64,000 nucleotides of DNA from a bacterium (GTDB lineage: Bacteria; Zhuqueibacterota; Zhuqueibacteria; Residuimicrobiales; Krinioviventaceae). A program made the position numbers and the translations under genes. The DNA is taken from the NCBI GenBank assembly GCA_963675755.2, contig CAXXMD010000003.1, positions 2,944,001 through 3,008,000 on the forward strand, written 5' to 3'. Positions 1 to 9,073 of this stretch are shown here, in pieces; within the stretch, counting starts at the first letter, position 1, and each line of letters opens with the position of its first letter. Under the pieces are notes generated by a model. It had not been told where the DNA came from. It did no database searches and was given only the letters and a program-made list of their open reading frames with translations.

Positions 1-10
1 AAAGGAAAAT

Positions 11-424
11 ATGCAAAACAAATTAATTACATTTATTTTAATCTCCTTGATTGTAACCACTGTGGGAATGGGTGGAGTTGTTGTTAAAGAATTCCGTGCA
101 GAGCCAGGCCTCAATAAAGTTGAAGTAAAATGGCGTGTTGGTGCAGAAACCGGAGTAAAAGGTTATAATTTATACCGAAGTCTTGATGGTGTCTCTTTTA
201 CAAAATTATCTTTTATCATGTGCAAAAGTTCTTCTGAAGACGAAATTACCTATACTTTTACTGATAATTCCGTTTTTAAAGCTGATGACAGAGTCTATTA
301 TTATAAACTCGAGTTTGTAAATAATGACAATTCAACTTCTGCTTATGAAGAGATCATCCAAAGTACACCACAAATTTCATCTGCACGACATACTTGGGGA
401 AGCATTAAGGCAATGTTCAGATAA
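11..424 (+). CDS. Small secreted Ig/FN3-like protein ending in a TWGSIKAMFR motif
   Basis: N-terminal hydrophobic signal. W..GY.LYRS..Y.F.D..YYY.L pattern of an Ig-like module. AAAGGA SD upstream. Confidence 0.75.
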   Translation: MQNKLITFILISLIVTTVGMGGVVVKEFRAEPGLNKVEVKWRVGAETGVKGYNLYRSLDGVSFTKLSFIMCKSSSEDEITYTFTDNSVFKADDRVYYYKLEFVNNDNSTSAYEEIIQSTPQISSARHTWGSIKAMFR

Positions 425-429
425 CAGCC

Positions 430-1416
430 TTAATCTTTAATAAATCTCAATTCCTGCAATCTGTTTGATAAATTTTCAAATTTAAGGTAAAGTTTGTCTG
501 AACTGTTTTTTGCATTATTAATATGTGTTGATAATGTAGATAAATCCGTACGTATTGTATTGACTTGATTTTCAAGTGTGTAAATGGATTGTAATACTTT
601 TTGTGCGGTTTCTTCTATCTTTTGGCCTTCAAGCCCCATTAAAATAATTCTCAGAAAATAATAAAACTGATTGGGTGAGCTGGGCATTATTTTTTTGTCC
701 TGAGCATATTTAATCAGTTCTTCATTGACAGCCAGTTGATAATAGATGGATTCTGAAGGAATGTACAATATAGCAAAATCTAGTGTGCCTTCACCGGGTT
801 TGATATATTTTTTAGCTATAGTATCAATATGACGTTTAACATCTCTGTTAAATTCTTTTCGATAGGCGGATTTTTGCTGCTCATCAGTTGCTTTTTCTGC
901 CTTTAAATAGTTTTCCATTGGGAATTTTGCATCAATAGGGATCATTCCTTTTTGCAGCAATACCACTGCGTCTACAGTATCACCAGACTGAAACCGGTAT
1001 TGCAGCTTTACATTCGTTTTGGGTAATATTTGATATAGCAGGTCCGTAAGCAGCTGCTCACCCAAAATTCCACGAAGTTTGGGTGTACGAAACAGTTGTT
1101 GGAAATCTCGCATTTGTTGCCCAATCTCGTGCACTTTGCCGAGATCATGATTTAGCAGCCTTAGCAATTGGGCCGTATTGTCCAGTCGGTTATTAATGGA
1201 TTCGTTGTTGGTGTGGAGCTGTCTGTTGATCCTGTCCGATGTATGACTAATGTCATCGCTGATTTCTCTTAGCCACGTACTAAATAGTTGTGAAGGATTT
1301 TCTTTATCTGCAAGTAATCGCTCGAACCGTTTTTCCTGCCAGAACATAATTAGTACAATCAGCAAGATGAAAATGAGAGGGAATATATAAAGTATGGTAG
1401 TTGGTATGGTTGTCAT
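430..1416 (-). CDS. rmuC: DNA recombination protein RmuC
   Basis: N-terminal TM, coiled coil, RGILGE, IPIDAKFP, DFAILYIPSESIY motifs. Confidence 0.9.
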   Translation of the reverse strand: MTTIPTTILYIFPLIFILLIVLIMFWQEKRFERLLADKENPSQLFSTWLREISDDISHTSDRINRQLHTNNESINNRLDNTAQLLRLLNHDLGKVHEIGQQMRDFQQLFRTPKLRGILGEQLLTDLLYQILPKTNVKLQYRFQSGDTVDAVVLLQKGMIPIDAKFPMENYLKAEKATDEQQKSAYRKEFNRDVKRHIDTIAKKYIKPGEGTLDFAILYIPSESIYYQLAVNEELIKYAQDKKIMPSSPNQFYYFLRIILMGLEGQKIEETAQKVLQSIYTLENQVNTIRTDLSTLSTHINNAKNSSDKLYLKFENLSNRLQELRFIKD

Positions 1417-1417
1417 A

Positions 1418-2980
1418 TTATAATTCTATATTTATAGTTGTGCCTTTGTCTTTTTCACTCTCTATAATAAATTTACCGCCATGTTCAGAGATAATACGGT
1501 TTACAATGAAAAGGCCTAATCCTGAACCTTCTTTTTTAGTCGTGTAATAAGGCTTTAATATTTTTTTCAACAAGGATTTTTCTATACCTGTACCCTGGTC
1601 CTGAATGGTTATACGAACTGAAAGCTCAACAGACTCTGGATTTGTCAATACAACGCGAATAGGCAATTTTTCTGGAGAGGCTTCAATTGCATTTTTCAAT
1701 AAATTGTTTATTGCGCGTCTTATCTGCTCCCTGTCCAGGTGCAGTGTATGGGTTGTTGCATTGTTTTCGAAATGTATGGGATAATTCTGGTATAATGCGA
1801 TGCAGTCTCTGATCAATTCATCGATATTTTCTTTTTTCAATTCCAGTTGTGGCATTCTGGCAAACTCGGAAAAGGATGAGGCCAGTCTTCTCATGGAGGC
1901 TATTTCTTCCTCTATAATGCGTACGGATGCAATCATATCCGGGTAGCCTTCACTGCCTTCCGGGATTGCGGTTTTAAGCCGGTACAGAGAAAGTTCTATT
2001 GGCGTTAATGGATTTTTAATCTCGTGAGATATCTGTCTTGCTACGTCTCGCCAGGCTGCGGCGCGTTCTGCTTTTTTTAGATTTTCGCGACTGATTTGCA
2101 ATTCACTTGTCATTTTGTTAAAGGATTCGATTAAAAATCCGATTTCATCTTTGGCTTTAATATTTACCCGATGATCCAGATCTCCTTCACCTACCTGTTC
2201 CATGCCTTTTGCAAGTCCCAGAATGGGTTCGCTGATTCCACCCGATATAGCTTTTGCAAGCTGAAAGGATATGAGCGCCAGAATGATCATGAGCCCCAGT
2301 GCAAGAAACCAGACAAGATGGTTTTGTACTACCATGTCTCTGAAAAAAGTGAATGACGTATAATTTTTCAACAGTTGATTGATCTGTTGAATGGATACCA
2401 GGGTATTAGCGTCTATTTTGTATCCAATGAAAAAAATGGTTGAATCCGGTAAGGGATTATAACTTTCAAAATAATTGATCTCTTTGAATTCTACAATTCG
2501 TGATGTTGCAGATCTTGAGCGTGTTGATGCTTTGGCTATTGTTGTGCTATGAGCGAGGGGGATATTCATTTGAGGATTGTTTGATAAAAATTGATTTAAT
2601 ACTAATCCTGAATCTGATGTTGAATACCTTCCCATATACTCTATTTGGTTTTGGGCCAGAATATCCTGATTTATCTCTAAAAGTTTAGTATGTGATTGAA
2701 AAAAAGTATTTCCTTTTTGCTCCAGATTTTCCCTGAGAATTTCAAGCGACCGATTCAATGCCTGATCTATTTCTGGTGGGGCAATCAGATTCGAACTGTT
2801 GATGATGAGAGAACTGAATAGAAAAAGCAAAGGAACGATGGGTAAAAGCATGAATAAAAAGAAATAAACAGCCAGCCTTGCCTGAAATTTGGATTTTTTA
2901 CGAGTTTTAATAAAAGCCCGTGTACTGTAAACTAAAAAAGTTACCAGCAGTAAAGTTATCCATATGAAAATACTGTTCAT
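1418..2980 (-). CDS. HAMP-domain sensor histidine kinase (NtrY-like)
   Basis: TM segments, HAMP, AWRDVARQISHEIKNPLTPI H-box, N/G1/F/G2 boxes. Confidence 0.9.
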   Translation of the reverse strand: MNSIFIWITLLLVTFLVYSTRAFIKTRKKSKFQARLAVYFFLFMLLPIVPLLFLFSSLIINSSNLIAPPEIDQALNRSLEILRENLEQKGNTFFQSHTKLLEINQDILAQNQIEYMGRYSTSDSGLVLNQFLSNNPQMNIPLAHSTTIAKASTRSRSATSRIVEFKEINYFESYNPLPDSTIFFIGYKIDANTLVSIQQINQLLKNYTSFTFFRDMVVQNHLVWFLALGLMIILALISFQLAKAISGGISEPILGLAKGMEQVGEGDLDHRVNIKAKDEIGFLIESFNKMTSELQISRENLKKAERAAAWRDVARQISHEIKNPLTPIELSLYRLKTAIPEGSEGYPDMIASVRIIEEEIASMRRLASSFSEFARMPQLELKKENIDELIRDCIALYQNYPIHFENNATTHTLHLDREQIRRAINNLLKNAIEASPEKLPIRVVLTNPESVELSVRITIQDQGTGIEKSLLKKILKPYYTTKKEGSGLGLFIVNRIISEHGGKFIIESEKDKGTTINIEL

Positions 2981-3001
2981 AGGGGAGCTGCCTTTTGTGG
3001 A

Positions 3002-3907
3002 TTAACCACCAATACGTTTACGTTTGATCAGGTATTGCATTAAAGCGATGTCAAATGACTCATGTGTGTCCATTAACGCGTAATCAATCTGATTGGCTAA
3101 ACACTGGTCTTTATAGGTTTTTAAAAAATCTGCCATTAGTGCTTGATAATCTTCACGTATATGCCAGGGCTGTGTTGCCATTTTTTCCCCGGTTTCCATA
3201 TCTTCAAAGGTAGTATTGTGTTTGAACTGAAATGAGCGTTCCATGGGATCCAGAATTTGAAAGACAATCACTTCGTGCTTTTTGTGTCTGAAATGTTTTA
3301 AGCCCGAGAGTACCCGTTCAGGATTGTCAAGCATGTCTGATAAAATTATGATTAATCCCCGGCGTTGAATACGTTCTGCAAGTTGATGAAAGGTCTCGGA
3401 AAGATTGGTTTCTTTACCGGTTTGTGTTGTTTGCAATTGTTCCAGAATAACATTCAAATATGTATGGACCGAACGGGGGGGAACATAACTTTTAATTCCT
3501 TCATCAAAGGTAACCAGGCCTACAGAATCTCTTTGTTTTAACATCAGATACGTTAGAGAGGCGGCAAGGTAAGAAGCATATTGAAATTTGGTGATCTTTT
3601 GAGATGTATATGCCATGGATGCGGATGCATCCAGTAAAATATATGCTTTAAGATTGGTCTCTTCTTCAAATTGTTTTACATAATATCTGTCGGTTTTGCC
3701 GTATACTTTCCAGTCCACATGGCGGATATCATCCCCCGGCATGTATTGACGATGTTCTGCAAATTCAACGCTGAATCCATGATACGGACTCTTGTGTAGA
3801 CCGGTCATAAAGCCTTCAACAACCAGGCGTGCGATAAGGTTCATGTTCCCAAGGCGAGACACTGCTTCAGGATTAAGATAGTTGATGGTTTGTTGGTTCT
3901 GGGCCAT
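3002..3907 (-). CDS. DUF58 family protein (MoxR-associated, VWA-like)
   Basis: GLHKSPYHGFSVEFAEHRQY.PGDD.R..DWK, LLDASASM. Adjacent to moxR. Confidence 0.9.
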   Translation of the reverse strand: MAQNQQTINYLNPEAVSRLGNMNLIARLVVEGFMTGLHKSPYHGFSVEFAEHRQYMPGDDIRHVDWKVYGKTDRYYVKQFEEETNLKAYILLDASASMAYTSQKITKFQYASYLAASLTYLMLKQRDSVGLVTFDEGIKSYVPPRSVHTYLNVILEQLQTTQTGKETNLSETFHQLAERIQRRGLIIILSDMLDNPERVLSGLKHFRHKKHEVIVFQILDPMERSFQFKHNTTFEDMETGEKMATQPWHIREDYQALMADFLKTYKDQCLANQIDYALMDTHESFDIALMQYLIKRKRIGG

Positions 3908-3910
3908 ATA

Positions 3911-4912
3911 TTATATCTGCTGTAAGAGTTTATCAATTACATCTGTTGAAGAAATTCCTTCAGCTTCGGCGTTAAAAGTGGTAACCAGCCTGTGTCGCAA
4001 CACCGGTTTGGCAACTGCTTTTACATCTTCAATATCAGGGGTTGGGCGTCCGTCAAGAACCGCACGTGTTTTTGCACCCAATACCAGAAATTGAGACGCG
4101 CGCGGACCGGCTCCCCAGTTGATCCATTCTTTGATAAATTTGGGGGCTTCGTCACTTTTGGGGCGTGTCTGTCTGGACAGTTTAACCGCAAAGCTGACCA
4201 CATTGTCTGCTACCGGTACACGTCTGACCAATGCCTGTAATTGAGTAATATCCTGTGCGTTGAGAACGATATTCAGTTCCGGGGTGTAACCACTGGTTGT
4301 AGAGTGGACTATTTGTTCTTCTTCTTTCAATGTAGGATAATCAACCCAGAGATTGAACATGAAGCGGTCAAGTTGTGCTTCAGGCAGGGGGTATGTACCT
4401 TCCTGTTCAATGGGGTTTTGAGTTGCCAGCACGAAAAAAGGCTCATCCAGTTTCAAAGTTTCACCTGCCGCACTTACTTCGTGTTCCTGCATGGCTTGCA
4501 GCAAAGCTGACTGGGTTTTGGGAGGAGTTCGGTTGATCTCGTCTGCCAAAACAATGTTTGCAAAAACAGGGCCTTTAACAAACTTGAAGGTTTTATGGCC
4601 GGTTGTCATGTCTTCTTCAATTACTTCAGTACCGGTAATATCTGATGGCATTAAATCCGGAGTAAATTGAATGCGGCTGAATTTTAAATCCAGTACTTGT
4701 GATAGTGTACTGATCAATAAAGTTTTTGCCAGACCGGGCACACCCACCAAAAGGCAATGGCCGCGAGATAACAATGAAATAAGCATTTCATCTATGATCT
4801 GGTTTTGCCCAATAATTACTTTGCCAATTTCATTAACAATATCATCATGAGATTTTTTTAACGCTTTAACAATTTCAACATCATCATTATGATTAAAAGA
4901 CGGTTTCTGCAT
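3911..4912 (-). CDS. moxR: MoxR family AAA+ ATPase
   Basis: GVPGLAKT Walker A, RIQFTPDLMPSD, LADEINR, EGTYPLPEAQLDRF. Confidence 0.95.
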   Translation of the reverse strand: MQKPSFNHNDDVEIVKALKKSHDDIVNEIGKVIIGQNQIIDEMLISLLSRGHCLLVGVPGLAKTLLISTLSQVLDLKFSRIQFTPDLMPSDITGTEVIEEDMTTGHKTFKFVKGPVFANIVLADEINRTPPKTQSALLQAMQEHEVSAAGETLKLDEPFFVLATQNPIEQEGTYPLPEAQLDRFMFNLWVDYPTLKEEEQIVHSTTSGYTPELNIVLNAQDITQLQALVRRVPVADNVVSFAVKLSRQTRPKSDEAPKFIKEWINWGAGPRASQFLVLGAKTRAVLDGRPTPDIEDVKAVAKPVLRHRLVTTFNAEAEGISSTDVIDKLLQQI

Positions 4913-5091
4913 TACGCCTCCGGATAGTCTTGATCACTTTATATTATAGTCATGTAACTATAGTCTTTACTTGTAGTTCCATACAAATTATCGATTTTTT
5001 CGCCCAAAGTCAATGATGTAATAAATGTATAATATTTTTCATGAATTAAACTTTTTCTTGTAGCAGTAGCATAAAAACAGTAAATTCAGGT

Positions 5092-6126
5092 ATGGAAAAT
5101 ACAAATTTAACAGGCATGTCTCTGCACGAACTTGAACGTTTTGCAGAATCTCTTGGAGAGAAAAAATTTAGGGGACGCCAACTGTTCAGTTGGATATATG
5201 AAAAAAGGGCCAATTCATTTTCTGAAATGACCAATCTGGCCAAACCATTGCGGGAAAAATTGGAGCGCGATGCGGCTGTTGGGCATTTAGAGTTGGTAGA
5301 AAAAACAGAATCTAAACACACCGGAACACACAAGTTTTTGTTCAGGCTCAGAGATGAGCATCTTGTAGAGAGTGTATATATTCCCGATGAAGATAGGCGG
5401 ACTTTGTGTATATCTTCTCAGGTTGGGTGTGCTTTAAATTGTGCCTTTTGTGCAACTGCAAAATTAAAATTCAAACGAAATCTTGATGCCGGAGAAATAG
5501 TAGATCAGGTATTGTTTGTTGAGCGGGATCTTGGAATTGAATTGACCAATATAGTGTTTATGGGAATGGGTGAGCCGTTTATGAATTATGAAAATGTTAT
5601 ACGTGCCGCCCATTTGATCAATCACCCCGATGGTATTGGTATTGGTACCAGACATATTGTGATCTCTACAGCAGGAGTTGTTAAAAATATTTATCGCTAT
5701 GCGGATGAAGGTCACAAGTATCGACTTGCGGTTTCTCTCAATTCTCCATATGATGATGAACGGCAGTCTATTATGCCTGTTGCAAAAAAATGGAATATGG
5801 AAGAACTGATTAACGCGGTTCGATACTATACCAAACGTTCAAAACAAATACTGACCTTTGAATATGTTTTGTTTGACGGATTAAATGATACCCCGGAACA
5901 CGCAACTGCTTTGAAAAAACTGGTTTCGCCATTAAATTGTAAATTAAATTTAATCCCTTATAATTCTGTACTGGACCAATTTAAACGGCCTTCTGCAAAA
6001 CGTATGGAACTCTTTATGCAGCAATTACACCCCCTGAATGCACCTGTATCTGTAAGATGGAGCAAAGGGGATGATATTAATGCAGCATGCGGGCAGTTGG
6101 CAGGAAAATATAAAAAATCCGGCTAG
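5092..6126 (+). CDS. rlmN: 23S rRNA A2503/tRNA A37 C2-methyltransferase RlmN (radical SAM)
   Basis: CISSQVGCALNCAFC, MGMGEP, C-terminal DINAACGQL. Confidence 0.96.
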   Translation: MENTNLTGMSLHELERFAESLGEKKFRGRQLFSWIYEKRANSFSEMTNLAKPLREKLERDAAVGHLELVEKTESKHTGTHKFLFRLRDEHLVESVYIPDEDRRTLCISSQVGCALNCAFCATAKLKFKRNLDAGEIVDQVLFVERDLGIELTNIVFMGMGEPFMNYENVIRAAHLINHPDGIGIGTRHIVISTAGVVKNIYRYADEGHKYRLAVSLNSPYDDERQSIMPVAKKWNMEELINAVRYYTKRSKQILTFEYVLFDGLNDTPEHATALKKLVSPLNCKLNLIPYNSVLDQFKRPSAKRMELFMQQLHPLNAPVSVRWSKGDDINAACGQLAGKYKKSG

Positions 6127-6145
6127 TATTTACAAAGGGGCCATT

Positions 6146-6646
6146 ATGGAAAGATCCAGAAAAAAACTCGTTATTGGGGTAATGGGGGGAGGCCATATTT
6201 CAAAGAGTAACTTTGAAATGGCAAGAGAACTTGGCGGCCTGATTGCGGAAAATGGATGGATTTTACTGAATGGCGGACGAGATGCGGGAATCATGAGGGC
6301 TTCGGCTGAAGGGGCAAAAAGCAAAGGCGGCATGACTATTGGTATTTTGCCCGGTACCAGCAAAGAACAAAGTAATCCTTATATCGATATTCCAATTATT
6401 ACCGGTATGTCTGACGCGCGTAACCTGATTAATGTCTTGAGTAGTGATATTATTGTAGCTTGTCCGGGGTCAGCGGGGACTATATCTGAAGTTGCGCTTG
6501 CACTGAAAAACGGAAAACATGTAATTTTGTTGCAATTTGATTTACGAAATACATTTCCGGAATTTGTTTCCAATGGCTTGTTAACCTATGCGGGCTCACC
6601 ACATGAATGCATATATCTGATCCATAGTTTACACGAAAAAGTTTAG
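6146..6646 (+). CDS. TIGR00725 / LOG-SLOG family Rossmann-fold nucleotide-binding protein
   Basis: IGVMGGG, GG..GIM.A...GAK..GG.TIGILPG, ARN, GSAGTISE. Start set at ATG 6146, downstream of the rlmN stop. Confidence 0.85.
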   Translation: MERSRKKLVIGVMGGGHISKSNFEMARELGGLIAENGWILLNGGRDAGIMRASAEGAKSKGGMTIGILPGTSKEQSNPYIDIPIITGMSDARNLINVLSSDIIVACPGSAGTISEVALALKNGKHVILLQFDLRNTFPEFVSNGLLTYAGSPHECIYLIHSLHEKV

Positions 6647-6708
6647 CTTTATACTATTGGCTAATGTAAATTTTTTATAAATACATAAACCACGATATTA
6701 AAAAGAGG

Positions 6709-7590
6709 ATGAGGCAAATGAAACGGGCTTTTAGTATTTTTTTGTTTTTGGCTTTTATTTTTTTCATGTCATGTTCCGGTGCATTATCAGGATTCCGTTC
6801 CAGCTCTACAAAGAAAATTAGTAAAGCACCCTACTACACCGGAAGTGCCAAAACGCTTGAAGGGACAATTGGGCATTTCCCCGTTGAAATGGATGTTCGG
6901 TTATACAATGATTTTTTTGAAAATAATCGGCGAGATGAGCTCACTCCCGTCATCAATGCAATGAACGAATATGTCGATTCGTTTAATGTAAGCAAGCCCC
7001 TGATTTACATTGATCTTGATCCTGACAAGGCTCCGGATATCTATGTTGGAAACCGTAATGCGTTCAATTCCCCTGCACCCGGTTCCGATCTTGGTGATAT
7101 CTCTGAAACGCAGGAAATGGTTATTTATCAACAAGACCCATCTAAAGCCTGGAAAGACAGTCTGCTTGCTGTTTCCGCTAAAGAGAATGTTGAGAATTTT
7201 ATTTATATCACTATCGGATTCAGCGAGTATTTTTTGCGTATGAAAAATTTGTTAGGGAAAAAAGAATTACAGATTGGTACCGGTTATACCCAGGCCGCTC
7301 CATGGTTAAGCGATTTAGATACTCCCGCAGAAGTATTGCATGTTACCGGAGTATTGCTGGATAAAAATGGCAAGATTTTACGCTGTGGTTCAGAAGGTAT
7401 CATTGCAAAGCAAACCGGATTCTGGTCTTCTGTTTTTGATTTACAAGATATGATTGATGAAGCTGAACTGAAAAATGTGCTGGAAAACGAGAAACGCCAG
7501 GACCTTGATGGAGAACCACTGGCCTGGCAGGTAGCACTCAATAATTTGGTGGCACAATTACTTGAAAAAGAAGATATGATTATTCAATAA
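6709..7590 (+). CDS. Hypothetical lipoprotein
   Basis: Basic N-terminus, hydrophobic stretch, FFMSC lipobox-like motif. AAGAGG SD. Confidence 0.7.
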   Translation: MRQMKRAFSIFLFLAFIFFMSCSGALSGFRSSSTKKISKAPYYTGSAKTLEGTIGHFPVEMDVRLYNDFFENNRRDELTPVINAMNEYVDSFNVSKPLIYIDLDPDKAPDIYVGNRNAFNSPAPGSDLGDISETQEMVIYQQDPSKAWKDSLLAVSAKENVENFIYITIGFSEYFLRMKNLLGKKELQIGTGYTQAAPWLSDLDTPAEVLHVTGVLLDKNGKILRCGSEGIIAKQTGFWSSVFDLQDMIDEAELKNVLENEKRQDLDGEPLAWQVALNNLVAQLLEKEDMIIQ

Positions 7591-7599
7591 ACTGATTTT

Positions 7600-8136
7600 T
7601 TATTTAAGTACTTTGAATAAAATTCCTGCAAGGAAAAAGGCAAATACACCGCCAATAACAGCGGTAATAAATTGTGGCAGCGCCATCATTGCCAGAAATT
7701 GAGGGGGAAAGTTTTTTCCAAAAATTAACGGCACAAATGTTTTTGCCGAATAATAGAGAAACAGGAATTTAACAGTTGAACCCGCTAAAAGTCCTATCCA
7801 ATGAGCAGGGGATAAAAGCGGTGTTTTGTTATTCAATTTGGTAGATTTGAATGTTTTGATTATTGTACCAAATATTGAGACCAGCAAAATATTTGCTGCT
7901 ACAATAAAGGGAACCATGGGTAAAAAGATAGGGGGAAGTTGGCCTCTTATTACCGCGGCTAGAGGAGTAATAATTCCCAATATGATACCAGCGGTAACAT
8001 TTAATAATAATGTTGTTAATAACAACATGGTATTCACCAAAGGCCCCGTTACAGGCTGTGGCAGACCAACCATTTCAATTGCTAATGTCAGTGATATAAG
8101 AATTACCAGACGTGTAATCGTTTTTGTACGGTTCAT
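7600..8136 (-). CDS. ECF transporter S component
   Basis: Small multi-TM protein with Q.VTGPLVN and PQFITAVIGG motifs. Confidence 0.75.
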   Translation of the reverse strand: MNRTKTITRLVILISLTLAIEMVGLPQPVTGPLVNTMLLLTTLLLNVTAGIILGIITPLAAVIRGQLPPIFLPMVPFIVAANILLVSIFGTIIKTFKSTKLNNKTPLLSPAHWIGLLAGSTVKFLFLYYSAKTFVPLIFGKNFPPQFLAMMALPQFITAVIGGVFAFFLAGILFKVLK

Positions 8137-8242
8137 AGCTTTTTTCCACTCGTTGTTTTGAAAATAATACTAAAATTCACTCTGAAAAACAAATTTAATT
8201 TTACCTTGATTTCCATTTTAAAAAAAATTATTATATTAAAAC

Positions 8243-9073
8243 GTGAAAGGTACAATACATCTGAATTCCATTTTTATAAATAGACAAAATCATCTTTACC
8301 ATATTCATGTCGGGAGAATTTTCGCGCACAATTTGAATTCACATCGACAACGGCCGGTGTACCCGGGCGTTTCCATGGCGCATAAAGCAACCAGTGTTGG
8401 TACCCTGGGAGCGGTTGTAAAAGATAATGAAACCGGTGAACTTTTATTACTCTCTAATAACCATGTTTTTGCCAATTGTAATCGGGCCAAAATAAGAGAT
8501 GTTATTATTCAACCCTGTAAAGCAGATGGCGGGCTAAAAGAAGCAGATGCATTTGCCAGATTGGAACGATTTGTACCCTTGAAAATTTCCTATTCAACAA
8601 AATTTAACTCTCTCAGATACAAAACCAGTGACTTTATTACGCTATTTATGGGGCTCCGAAATACAGCATCCTTTAAGCAAAAGTATGGGAATCAAGTAGA
8701 TGCCGCTGTTGCCAGGCCCGACAATCAAAGTCAAATATCGCTAAATATTCCGGAGATTGGTTCGGTTAAAGGCGTTGCAGAACCAGTAGAAGGTATGCAG
8801 GTGCAAAAATATGGCAGATCCACAGGACTAACTAGGGGAACTGTCAAATATACTCGAATGGATTTACGCGTTCATTACCCTGATGGTACGTCTGTCTGGT
8901 TTATTGATCAGATTGTAACATCTAAAATGTCTGAATTTGGAGATTCCGGTGCATTGTTGCTGGATATGCAAAACCGCGCTTTGGGTCTGTTGTGCGGCGG
9001 ATCTGAACATGTTTCTGTTTTTAGTCCCATACAAACGGTTCTCGATTTATTGAATATTAGCCTGGTGGTATAA
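8243..9073 (+). CDS. Trypsin-like (S1, Nal1-type) serine protease
   Basis: GTLG, LSNNHV (His), VDAAVA (Asp), K.GR.TGLT.G, GDSG (Ser). Start uncertain (GTG). Confidence 0.85.
   Translation: MKGTIHLNSIFINRQNHLYHIHVGRIFAHNLNSHRQRPVYPGVSMAHKATSVGTLGAVVKDNETGELLLLSNNHVFANCNRAKIRDVIIQPCKADGGLKEADAFARLERFVPLKISYSTKFNSLRYKTSDFITLFMGLRNTASFKQKYGNQVDAAVARPDNQSQISLNIPEIGSVKGVAEPVEGMQVQKYGRSTGLTRGTVKYTRMDLRVHYPDGTSVWFIDQIVTSKMSEFGDSGALLLDMQNRALGLLCGGSEHVSVFSPIQTVLDLLNISLVV

Noticed and set aside
6071-6145. N-terminal extension of the TIGR00725 ORF
   Set aside because: Overlaps the conserved rlmN C-terminus; ATG 6146 is the better start. The same reasoning applies to the extensions at 11187, 31880 and 62396.
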